64,000 nt of DNA from Minisyncoccota bacterium (GTDB lineage: Bacteria; Patescibacteriota; Minisyncoccia; Phycocordibacterales; UBA9973), in NCBI GenBank assembly GCA_041674285.1, contig JBAYVZ010000002.1:14600-78599 (forward strand), written 5' to 3'. The notes under the pieces were generated by a model that did no database searches, had not been told where the DNA came from, and saw only the letters and a program-made list of their open reading frames with translations. This document shows, in pieces, positions 1 through 8,493 of the stretch (position 1 is its first letter; every line of letters begins with the position of its first letter). A program made the position numbers and the translations under genes.

Positions 1-319
1 TGCTGCTATCATGTCATTAGTCCCTACCATTGGCACAGCCTTTATAGCAATACCTACAATTTTATATCTATTATTTATGGGGATGAATATTGATGCGATA
101 GGCTTGACTGTGTGGTGCATTGCCATAGTTGGCACAGTAGACAACTTCCTAAATCCACTAATAGTAGGCAAACAGACGAATCTACATCCGATACTCGTAC
201 TATTCTCAGTATTAGGAGGTATTGCATTGATGGGTCCTATGGGCATACTCATCGGTCCACTAGCAGTCAGCCTACTCCGAGCACTTTTCCTAATATACAG
301 AGAGGAAATCAAACAATAA
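1..319 (+). CDS. AI-2E family (UPF0118) transporter, C-terminal part (truncated by window edge)
   Basis: Hydrophobic ORF with DNFLNP...LHP...SVLGG...GILIGP motif typical of the AI-2E/PerM family. Confidence 0.85.
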   Translation, partial: AAIMSLVPTIGTAFIAIPTILYLLFMGMNIDAIGLTVWCIAIVGTVDNFLNPLIVGKQTNLHPILVLFSVLGGIALMGPMGILIGPLAVSLLRALFLIYREEIKQ

Positions 320-357
320 AAAAATCCCCACAGGTCCGACCTGTGGGGATTTTTTTT
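319..357. terminator. Bidirectional intrinsic terminator
   Basis: aaaaaatccccacaggtc-c-gacctgtggggattttttt palindrome between convergent genes. Confidence 0.8.
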
Positions 358-592
358 ATTCAGATTTTGCTTCAGCTTTTACATGTATTACCTTTGGCTT
401 CTTTGGTACAATCAGCATCATTGCAAAGTATCCTAGTATTCCAGGGAATATTCCAGTGAACACACCAAACACTAGATAGAATACACGGAACAGTACAGGG
501 TCTGTATCAAAGTATTCCCCTAGACCGCCCATGATTCCTGCTACTATCTTATTATCCTCACTTCTGTATAATTTCTTTTCGTATGTTTTCAT
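356..592 (-). CDS. PspC domain protein
   Basis: KKLYRS..NKIVAGIMGGLGEYF..DP motif followed by a TM helix. Confidence 0.9.
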   Translation of the reverse strand: MKTYEKKLYRSEDNKIVAGIMGGLGEYFDTDPVLFRVFYLVFGVFTGIFPGILGYFAMMLIVPKKPKVIHVKAEAKSE

Positions 593-1510
593 ATATTTAT
601 TATATATTATTTTTAATCTAAAACTGAAGGATCTCGCCGAACATGAAGATTGATATTCATTGAGTCTAAAAGATTCATATCTTCAACATCTAATGAAAAA
701 TCAAATACATTAAGATTCTCTTTAATTCTTTCTATGTGAACAGATTTTGGTAAAGGTATCACACCATGCTCTATCGCCCATCTGATAAGTATCTGTGTTT
801 TGGTCTTGCCATGCTTTTTAGCAATCTCTTCGATATTAGGATTTTCGTGCCCTACACTTTTTGGATCGACAGACGGAGCAAGAGGAGAATGAGCTTCAAC
901 AACAATTTTATTTTGATTGCAGTAGTCTAATAAATCTTTTTGATACAAGAATGGATGAAACTCAATTTGATTCACCATAGGCAAAACAGTTGCGTATGTT
1001 TTCATTTCCTCCAGATGACCAATAGTATAATTTGAAACTCCAATCGCTTTTGCTTTGCCAGATTTATAGATATCTTCCATTCCTCTCCAAGTCTCTTTTC
1101 TCTTATTAAGACTCATATAACTTGTACCTGCCTCATTTGGCTCGACGCTTGCAGTAGGCCAGTGAACTAAATATAGATCTACATAATCTAGTCCCAATTT
1201 TTCAAGAGATACCTCTATAGCTTTTAAAGTGCTCTCATACCCTTGATCTAGATTCCAAAGCTTTGTAGTGATAAACAATTGCTCTCTAGGAATTCCGCAA
1301 TTCTTGATAGCCATTCCAACGCCTTCCTCGTTCTGATATATCATAGCCGTATCTATGTGACGATACCCCGTATGAATAGCAGATATAACTGCACTCTCAA
1401 CCTCTTCCCCCTCTTTTACACGAAAAACTCCAAATCCAATATTGGGAATATCAAGACCGTTATGTAATTTAATGTTATTCATATATTTATTATATATTAT
1501 TTTTAATCTA
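588..1510. repeat. 33-bp exact direct repeat (588-620 and 1478-1510) flanking the aldo/keto reductase gene
   Basis: ttcatatatttattatatattatttttaatcta occurs twice. Confidence 0.9.
613..1482 (-). CDS. Aldo/keto reductase
   Basis: GYRHIDTAMIY, LFITTK, DLYLVHWP, IGVSN, IPLPKS motifs. Confidence 0.95.
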   Translation of the reverse strand: MNNIKLHNGLDIPNIGFGVFRVKEGEEVESAVISAIHTGYRHIDTAMIYQNEEGVGMAIKNCGIPREQLFITTKLWNLDQGYESTLKAIEVSLEKLGLDYVDLYLVHWPTASVEPNEAGTSYMSLNKRKETWRGMEDIYKSGKAKAIGVSNYTIGHLEEMKTYATVLPMVNQIEFHPFLYQKDLLDYCNQNKIVVEAHSPLAPSVDPKSVGHENPNIEEIAKKHGKTKTQILIRWAIEHGVIPLPKSVHIERIKENLNVFDFSLDVEDMNLLDSMNINLHVRRDPSVLD

Positions 1511-1784
1511 CTTTTTCAAGCTTCTTGTAAAGTGTCCCCGTAAACAACAGAATCAATATACCAATAGATAGCAGTACAAGTGGATGCTCTTTAAAGAAAT
1601 GGACATCTTCCAAGAAGAATCTCATCCCCTCGATTATAGCAGTCACTCCAAAAGTCAGCAGAAACATAAACAGTAGTGGGTACCTGTCGAACACAGGCTG
1701 TGTATATTTACCAGCTTTATGATTTATATGCTTTATAATATTCTCTGCCTTTTGGATTGGGTCTTGTGTATTCATATATATCAA
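1503..1784 (-). CDS. Small membrane protein, hypothetical
   Basis: 93-aa ORF with two hydrophobic segments, co-oriented with neighbours. Confidence 0.7.
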   Translation of the reverse strand: MIYMNTQDPIQKAENIIKHINHKAGKYTQPVFDRYPLLFMFLLTFGVTAIIEGMRFFLEDVHFFKEHPLVLLSIGILILLFTGTLYKKLEKVD

Positions 1785-1864
1785 TTATACCTAAAACAAG
1801 AAATAAATATATTTGACTTTTTTTATAAATAGTTTATAAATATAAAAAATAATACTCTAAAATT

Positions 1865-2086
1865 ATGGAATTAATAGATTTAGTAGCTCAAAAATTATTT
1901 GAGGAAACGATAAATGAAGAAAACCCCAAAGAATACTTAAATAAGAACTTTAAGGAACTGATGGGTAAATTCAGAGAAGAATTTGGCTTTAAAAAGCTTA
2001 GCAAGGGAGGATTTATCTCAAAATACAAAGGAGCCAAGAATAAAGCTGAGGGAATGATACTGTCACAGCCAAAACGAAAAAAGTAA
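1865..2086 (+). CDS. Hypothetical protein (ORFan)
   Basis: 73-aa ATG ORF in an intergenic gap, TTGACT upstream, hairpin downstream. Confidence 0.55.
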   Translation: MELIDLVAQKLFEETINEENPKEYLNKNFKELMGKFREEFGFKKLSKGGFISKYKGAKNKAEGMILSQPKRKK

Positions 2087-2177
2087 CGATTGCCATGAAT
2101 ACATATCTGTATTCATGGCAATTTCTATATATATTGAAAAATAAGTCATTTTAGTATAGAATCCATATGTTATCTAT

Positions 2178-2248
2178 TAGGGGATCGTCTAACGGTAGGA
2201 CAGAAGCCTTTGAAGCTTTTAATCTAGGTTCGATTCCTAGTCCCCTAG
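2178..2248 (+). tRNA. tRNA-Gln(TTG)
   Basis: Cloverleaf TAGGGGA/TCCCCTA, anticodon arm GAAGC-CT-TTG-AA-GCTTT, T-arm CTAGG-TTCGATT-CCTAG. Confidence 0.95.
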
Positions 2249-2483
2249 CAAAAAAGAAAACCCGCCCTCAAAGGCGTGGTTTTCTTTTGCTAGGGGAAGC
2301 AAATGAACTGCTTCACTTGCGTCTAGGAATCGAAGACCTTGAGCTTGTATTTTGAAATGTTAATTTCAAAATACGCGAAAGGTGTACTGAACCTGTAAGG
2401 TTCGATAAGCTCTAAAGGATTAGTATTTGTAAATAATCGCTACACTCTTATACAAATACTGAACGTACTCGCGGTCCTAGTCC
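2249..2483 (+). repeat. tRNA-appended structured element: terminator-like hairpin, inverted copy of tRNA 3' end, multi-hairpin body, 9-bp direct repeat of tRNA 3' part
   Basis: tagggga (2291-2297) and ctaggaatcgaa (2323-2334) are reverse complements of tRNA 2241-2247 and 2229-2240; tcctagtcc repeated at 2475-2483. Confidence 0.75.
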
Positions 2484-2486
2484 ATT

Positions 2487-3533
2487 TTATTTCTCAATAT
2501 TCAAAATCTTTATGAGTGCGAGTTCTAGTGGTAGCTCTTTGATACTACTGTGTCCAGACATTTGATATGCCTCGAGTAATATTAAAAGTGCACGAGATGA
2601 GATATGCTCTGGCTTTTCGAGGACTAGCTCCCCTAGGAATGTTTTATCCTTTTCTGAGAGGGGTATGATACTCGCCATCTTTGGCGCATAGCGTAGCAGT
2701 AATGCAGCACGCATCTTTACAAGTACCATCTTCATATATAGATGCATGTCACTATTCTGTGCAGAGACTGCATTGATAGCCATATACCCCCGCTCGATAT
2801 CATTGTGTGCGAGAGCTCGGAGAAAGTCATCTACTAGTGTGATATCCGGTGAGCCAGTCACTTCGAGGATTTGCTCCAAACTTATTTTTTTACTTTGTGA
2901 GAATGATATGACTTTTTGTAGAGTAGATTGTGCGTCACGAAAAGCTCCATCTGATATGAGTGCGATGACTTCTGCCCCACCTGCCTCGAGTGTATACCCT
3001 TCTTTCTTTGCAGTACTGCTGACCACATCAGCGAGAATTTTCTCTGTAGGTTTTTTGAAAGTAAAAGTCTGACATCGGGATACGATAGTCTCTGGTACTT
3101 TTGATAGCTCTGTTGTAGCGAGGATAAATACCACATATTCAGGTGGCTCCTCTATAGTCTTTAGCAGTGCATTCCATGCCTCTTTTGTCAGCATGTGCAC
3201 CTCGTCGAGGATGTAGACTTTGTATTTATAATCAAATGGCATAGTACGCACACTCTCACGGATATCACGAGCGTCTTCTATCTTTCTGTTACTTGCTGCA
3301 TCCATCTCGTAGATATCATTTACACTTGTACCTAGTTCGCGGGCGATGATACGTGCGATAGTAGTCTTGCCAGTACCACGTGGGCCGGATAGTAGATACG
3401 CATGAGCCACCTTCCCCGCTGCAAAGGCACCTCGGATAGCATTCACGATATGATCCTGACCTATCACCTCGTCAAAATTCTCGGGGCGGTACTTTGTATA
3501 TAGAGCGATATTTGATTCTTCTTTTTTAGACAT
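2487..3533 (-). CDS. dnaX: DNA polymerase III subunit gamma/tau
   Basis: LYTKYRP, GPRGTGKTT, DAASN, DEVHML, SRCQ motifs. Confidence 0.97.
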   Translation of the reverse strand: MSKKEESNIALYTKYRPENFDEVIGQDHIVNAIRGAFAAGKVAHAYLLSGPRGTGKTTIARIIARELGTSVNDIYEMDAASNRKIEDARDIRESVRTMPFDYKYKVYILDEVHMLTKEAWNALLKTIEEPPEYVVFILATTELSKVPETIVSRCQTFTFKKPTEKILADVVSSTAKKEGYTLEAGGAEVIALISDGAFRDAQSTLQKVISFSQSKKISLEQILEVTGSPDITLVDDFLRALAHNDIERGYMAINAVSAQNSDMHLYMKMVLVKMRAALLLRYAPKMASIIPLSEKDKTFLGELVLEKPEHISSRALLILLEAYQMSGHSSIKELPLELALIKILNIEK

Positions 3534-3651
3534 CCCGTTAGAGATAGGTAATGATTACATTACCGTATCGAGTTAACATATAGTAATAAATACGACTTAC
3601 TTTAAATAATATCCCATAGATAGAAATAGAACAAACACATCTCTAACGGGA
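3534..3651 (-). mobile_element. Start-codon-inserted TIR element, copy 1 (dnaX)
   Basis: Sense strand ATGT-TCCCGTTAGAGAT...ATCTCTAACGGG-ATGT; internal hairpin GGTAATG-N4-CATTACC. Confidence 0.85.
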
Positions 3652-3671
3652 ACATATTTAGAGTATACCAA

Positions 3672-4754
3672 TTAACGTGTTTTTAAAAAAGCAGCCACTA
3701 TTTTATCTACCTCCTCTGCACTATTCGAATCCATCAGTTGCATGCGGAGTTCTTTTGCTCCGGGGAATCCATTGCAGTATGCCTTGTAGTGCTTTTTCAT
3801 TATCGAAAAGCTCTTTATATCACCGAGGAGTTCTTCGTATAGCTTTGTATGCTCTACTAGTACGCGCAGTCTCTCTGGTACTGGTATCTCTATTTTATTC
3901 TCAAGCCAGTATCTATCTTTATATGAAGGTACAAATCGAGAATAAATATTAACAAAAAATTGTTTTATTTTATTTGGACTTGAATATTTTTGAGAATTGA
4001 TATTTTTTATATCTGCGAACATCCATGGGTTGCCGAATATTGCGCGACCGATCATCACACCGTCGCACCCTGTTTCAAGGGCGAGCTGTCTACCGTGTGC
4101 TACATTTCGTACGTCACCATTACCGATGATTTTTGTTTTTACACCCATTTTATTTCGTATCTCTACCACTTTTTTTACATAGGACCAGTTAGCAGGCACA
4201 GATGACAATTCCTTGCGTGTACGAGCATGCACGGTCAGTGTGGCTATATCTTGTGATAGTAGGAATGGTATCCACTCATCAATCTGCACTTGGTTGTACC
4301 CCACGCGAGTTTTCACTGACAATGGAATATCTTTCCCAGCATCCTTTATTCCATCTTTTGCGGCCTGAATAATCTGCGCAGAAATTTCTGGAGTTTTTAT
4401 CATGGCAGCACCTGCACCTTGCTTTTCTATCGATCTATCTGGACATCCCATATTGATATCGATACCGTCATAACCCATCTCGGCTACAACCTTTGCAGCA
4501 ATTCGCATCTGTTCTGGGTGACTAGAAAAAAGCTGGGCGACTATTGGTCGCTCACCTTCTGTATAGGCTAGATCGCGGATCAATTTTTCTCGAGCCACAG
4601 GATGAGCCAATCCGTCCGCAGATACGAACTCTGTCCATGTCACATCTGGCTTGCCGTACTTTGCTATAACACGACGAAAAGCTGGATCAGTGACATCTGC
4701 CATTGGAGCCAATACAAAGAATGGTTTATTTAATTTTTCCAAGAAGTTGTTCAT
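3672..4754 (-). CDS. tRNA-dihydrouridine synthase (Dus family)
   Basis: LAPMAD, IDINMGCP, HART, GNGDV, GVMIGR motifs. Confidence 0.95.
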   Translation of the reverse strand: MNNFLEKLNKPFFVLAPMADVTDPAFRRVIAKYGKPDVTWTEFVSADGLAHPVAREKLIRDLAYTEGERPIVAQLFSSHPEQMRIAAKVVAEMGYDGIDINMGCPDRSIEKQGAGAAMIKTPEISAQIIQAAKDGIKDAGKDIPLSVKTRVGYNQVQIDEWIPFLLSQDIATLTVHARTRKELSSVPANWSYVKKVVEIRNKMGVKTKIIGNGDVRNVAHGRQLALETGCDGVMIGRAIFGNPWMFADIKNINSQKYSSPNKIKQFFVNIYSRFVPSYKDRYWLENKIEIPVPERLRVLVEHTKLYEELLGDIKSFSIMKKHYKAYCNGFPGAKELRMQLMDSNSAEEVDKIVAAFLKTR

Positions 4755-4763
4755 TATCTTTTG

Positions 4764-4884
4764 AAGATTTTTTAAATTAATTCTTGAACGGGAACTTGCG
4801 CAGGCGCGACTGGTGCCGAGCAGAGCAGAAAAATTAGCAAATTTTTACGCGTGTCCCGAGAGAGAAGTTAATTTATAAAATCTT
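4764..4884. repeat. Long imperfect inverted repeat with GC-rich branched centre, upstream of dus
   Basis: aagattt-tttaaattaattct..cggga pairs with tcccg..agaagttaatttataaaatctt. Confidence 0.6.
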
Positions 4885-4921
4885 GATATGTGTGCTTTTT
4901 GAAAGAAGCTATTTTGAATTT

Positions 4922-5794
4922 TTATTGAAACTTATAAAAAACCTTATTATTAAATCTCATATCGATGTACAGGAGTGTATCATATTTTCCAGTTATTTCA
5001 TCTTTGAATTCTTTTTGAGACATTGCAGTGACTATATCCTCTCCCACTTTTTTCATATCAGTGTCTTTTTTAAAAATAATACGCGGATTGGTAGCACCAT
5101 CCTTATGTTTGAGATAAAGGGAGACAGTATCATCTTCCTCATAAACCAGATATGTGGGATCCAGATTTGCAGATTTTACATCTTCAACTAGTCGAACAAA
5201 TGACCTAAATAAATCAGAATTTATCATCTGACTACCCAGCACAGACTTATTATCAGAAAGGGGTGCGTAGTATTTAAAATATAAATTTCCAGATACGTAA
5301 GGCGCTTTATCAAAGATATACCCTTCATCATTTACAAAATAACAATTCTCGCCTTGGTCCAATGCAGATTCGGGAACCTTTGCCCCGCACCACATATGGG
5401 AGCCTGATCTTTCTTTTATGATGACCTCTAGTGTATTTACATTCTTTACATTCAAAGACAATTTTTCAATACGAGTGAATCTAGATAGTAGCCCATCATA
5501 GATAGAGTCCTGAGGATAGATAAAAGAATTCTTTCTCTGAAAAATATAAAGATACTTTCCAGATATTTTATCATTCACAAAATTTCTCACTTCGTCCTCC
5601 CCTAAGATCTTCGTACCTATCACATCCACCTGGTTAATAGTCATCTTTCTGTATCCCGACAGAAAAGACAGGCCGACGATACTCAATATTAGCAACACAA
5701 AACACAAAATAGAAATGCGAATGTTTGCATTTCTTTTTGTGCGTTTTATTTCTAGTACACGCGGAGATGATAGTATGTCACGCGTCTTAGACAT
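4922..5794 (-). CDS. FtsQ/DivIB-like cell-division protein
   Basis: Basic N-terminus, single TM, POTRA-like region ending IKER, C-terminal YIDMRF motif. Confidence 0.7.
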   Translation of the reverse strand: MSKTRDILSSPRVLEIKRTKRNANIRISILCFVLLILSIVGLSFLSGYRKMTINQVDVIGTKILGEDEVRNFVNDKISGKYLYIFQRKNSFIYPQDSIYDGLLSRFTRIEKLSLNVKNVNTLEVIIKERSGSHMWCGAKVPESALDQGENCYFVNDEGYIFDKAPYVSGNLYFKYYAPLSDNKSVLGSQMINSDLFRSFVRLVEDVKSANLDPTYLVYEEDDTVSLYLKHKDGATNPRIIFKKDTDMKKVGEDIVTAMSQKEFKDEITGKYDTLLYIDMRFNNKVFYKFQ

Positions 5795-5795
5795 A

Positions 5796-7109
5796 TTATT
5801 TTGAGATTAAAGTTTTTCCTCCAAGATATTTTTGCAGAGCTTCTGGAATTTTAATAGAACCATCTTCTTGTTGGTAGTTTTCAATTATAGCAATCAATGT
5901 TCTTCCGATGGCTACTACGGTAGCATCATTCATATGAACTGGCTCTATTTTCCCATCAGCACGACGAACTCTAGTATTTAGGCGTCGAGATTGGAATCCT
6001 CCAGTAAAGTCCGCACTATGAGTTTCGCGATACCTATTCTGCCCTGGCATCCATGTCTCTATATCCATCTGTCTTGTATCTGGGAATCCCATATCACCAG
6101 TACATACAGCGATAACTTGATATGGCAAATTTAAAGTCTGCAAAACATGTTCTTGTATTGATACTAAGAAATTTTGCTCTAGTGTTGAATTCTCAGGCAG
6201 AGAGAAAACCTCCATCTCCAATTTATCAAATTGATGTTGTCTTAAAATTCCATTTGTATCTTTTCCTGCTGTACCTGCCTCACGTCTAAATGCAGTAGAG
6301 TATCCAGCATAACGAATCGGCAAATCACTCTCTTCGAAAATCTGATTCATATGCATAGATCCGAGAGTATGCTCTGCACTACCTATGAGCATCAAATCAT
6401 CATTGGGGAACATATAGTGATCCTCTGGAGTCATGTAGCGAGCCATCTTTACTTGGACAAGGGGCCTGACAAATACAGGAGGTATCACTGGCATAAATTC
6501 AGATACATTTAGAGATAATCCGGCCTTAGTAGCAATCTTCTGTAAAGTTTCTTTATTTGTCAAAAAATCTAAACACATCTGGATAAGAGCAAATTGCAAC
6601 AAAACCAAATCCCCTTTCAAGTATGCAAAACGAGAAGAAGCTACTTCCCCAGCTGTCTCGGTATCTATAATGCCTAGATCCTTACCGAGTTCAAAATGCT
6701 CTTTTGGTGTAAATGGGAATTGTGGTACTTCCCCCCATGATCTTATCACCTGATTTCCAGACTCATCTGGACCCTCGGGAGTATCAACAGATGGGATGTT
6801 TGGAATTTTCAACATTAAAGACTGCCATTTAGACATGACATCTTTTAGTTCTTCATCTTTTTCATTCAAGTCATCCTTTACTATTTTCATCTCGCTGATC
6901 ATCTGGTCGCGAATACTTGCATCACGTTCTATAGCTATGACTTTGCTCATTTTGTTCTGTTCACTTCTTAGACCTTCAACTACAGACATCAGGGCTAGAC
7001 GTTTTTCGTCTATATCAATGAGTTCATTTATATCCACCTTGCTGTTCTTTTTTAGAATACCAGCGATGACCAAATCCTTATTCTCTTTTATGAATTTAAT
7101 TTCTAACAT
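5796..7109 (-). CDS. serS: Serine--tRNA ligase
   Basis: N-terminal coiled coil, AFRREAG, ILRQHQFDKLE, IIENYQ motifs. Confidence 0.98.
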   Translation of the reverse strand: MLEIKFIKENKDLVIAGILKKNSKVDINELIDIDEKRLALMSVVEGLRSEQNKMSKVIAIERDASIRDQMISEMKIVKDDLNEKDEELKDVMSKWQSLMLKIPNIPSVDTPEGPDESGNQVIRSWGEVPQFPFTPKEHFELGKDLGIIDTETAGEVASSRFAYLKGDLVLLQFALIQMCLDFLTNKETLQKIATKAGLSLNVSEFMPVIPPVFVRPLVQVKMARYMTPEDHYMFPNDDLMLIGSAEHTLGSMHMNQIFEESDLPIRYAGYSTAFRREAGTAGKDTNGILRQHQFDKLEMEVFSLPENSTLEQNFLVSIQEHVLQTLNLPYQVIAVCTGDMGFPDTRQMDIETWMPGQNRYRETHSADFTGGFQSRRLNTRVRRADGKIEPVHMNDATVVAIGRTLIAIIENYQQEDGSIKIPEALQKYLGGKTLISK

Positions 7110-7144
7110 ATTCCCAGTATAGTAAAAAATGGTAGAATATACAA

Positions 7145-8008
7145 ATGCAAGAAATTCTCAAATTAAAACCTGAGCAATTCCCCAAGGCACTCCTAGAAAT
7201 CCCCCAGCCACCAAAAGAGCTATATATACGTGGAGTACTCCCAAAAGAAAATGAATATGTATTCCTAGCTGTTGTCGGCTCACGCAATCATACAAACTAC
7301 GGTCGCGATATTTGTGAGAAATTAATCGCAGGCCTACGCGGATATCCTATCGTCATCGTATCAGGACTAGCTATGGGTATAGACACTATCGCACATCGCA
7401 GTGCTATGAAGGCCGGACTACTGACACTATCTATGCCGGGATCAGGTCTTGATCCAAAAGTTTTGTATCCGAAGAATAATATAAATCTTGCCGAGGAGAT
7501 AGTGGACAATGGCGGATGCCTACTCGCAGAATTCCCACCGATGATGAAAGCAGAGCTGTATACATTCCCCCAGCGCAACAGATTGATGGCGGGAATTTCG
7601 AAAGCCACTCTCGTAATAGAGGCCGCAGAGAAATCCGGCACCCTGATCACGGCACGCATGGCACTAGACTACAATCGTGATGTCCTCGTCATACCCGGTT
7701 CAGTATTCTCAAATACATCTAGTGGTACCAATAGATTGATCCGCCAAGGTGCCACACCTATCACAAATAGCACCGAACTCCTCGAAGCATTAGGCTTTGA
7801 GGTAGACAAGAGTATGAGTGAAAAAGACAAATATGCAGACTGCGGAGAGGATGAGATGAAGATAATAAAACTCCTCGATGATCCGATGGAGCGCGATGAT
7901 CTAGTCCGAGCATCCGGTATGAATATAGCCAGCGCCAATGCCCTACTTTCTATAATGGAAATAAAAGAATTGATATGTGAGGAACTGGGTGAGATAAGGA
8001 AGATATAA
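7145..8008 (+). CDS. dprA: DNA-processing protein DprA
   Basis: AVVGSR, IVSGLAMGID, FPQRNR, SGTLITA motifs; upstream of topA. Confidence 0.97.
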   Translation: MQEILKLKPEQFPKALLEIPQPPKELYIRGVLPKENEYVFLAVVGSRNHTNYGRDICEKLIAGLRGYPIVIVSGLAMGIDTIAHRSAMKAGLLTLSMPGSGLDPKVLYPKNNINLAEEIVDNGGCLLAEFPPMMKAELYTFPQRNRLMAGISKATLVIEAAEKSGTLITARMALDYNRDVLVIPGSVFSNTSSGTNRLIRQGATPITNSTELLEALGFEVDKSMSEKDKYADCGEDEMKIIKLLDDPMERDDLVRASGMNIASANALLSIMEIKELICEELGEIRKI

Positions 8009-8069
8009 AATAAAACAAACCCATCCGAATAATCGAATGGGTTTGATAAATTTTTAAACAATAAATTTA

Positions 8070-8369
8070 CTAATTTTTAAAAAAACTACGGTAAACAATG
8101 TAAGCCAAGGCTTGAGCCTCTGATACTTTTTGAAAAAGAATTATAGTCTCTTCTTCATCATCATTAAACCGAATAGCTGCTTTATTAGATTCTAGCGAAT
8201 TAAATAAACTATCAGCTCTTGTTTTGCTGGGGTTACTACCCATTAGTTCGATTCTTAATTTATTAAGATCCGCAACTAGAAAACCTTTCTCAAATCCAAA
8301 GTAGGCAGCGAAGCAATTAACTTCTTCAACTTTAGAATCTAACAATGCTTGTTTAATTTTAATATCCAT
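8070..8369 (-). CDS. Hypothetical protein (ORFan) between dprA and topA
   Basis: 99-aa ORF with its own TTGACT-17-TATAAT promoter and a downstream hairpin. Confidence 0.65.
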   Translation of the reverse strand: MDIKIKQALLDSKVEEVNCFAAYFGFEKGFLVADLNKLRIELMGSNPSKTRADSLFNSLESNKAAIRFNDDEEETIILFQKVSEAQALAYIVYRSFFKN

Positions 8370-8393
8370 CTTTGTAAATTTTAATTTGTTAGC

Positions 8394-8422
8394 ATTATAT
8401 CACTTTTATACATAAAAGTCAA
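8394..8422 (-). promoter_or_regulatory. sigma70-type promoter
   Basis: TTGACT (8422-8417), 17-bp spacer, TATAAT (8399-8394). Confidence 0.7.
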
Positions 8423-8493
8423 TAGATAAATGACAAATTTTCAAAGGCTAGATTTGCAAAAAAATATTCTTTCGTGTAATACTAGACGAATAT

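Noticed and set aside
2167-2355. 62-aa ORF, and similar ORFs at 13922-14162 and 22011-22331
   Set aside because: They overlap tRNA genes or their appended structured elements.
3534-3655. Elements as conserved leader peptides (uORFs)
   Set aside because: The upstream ATG enters the element in different frames among copies, and the peptides differ in sequence and length.
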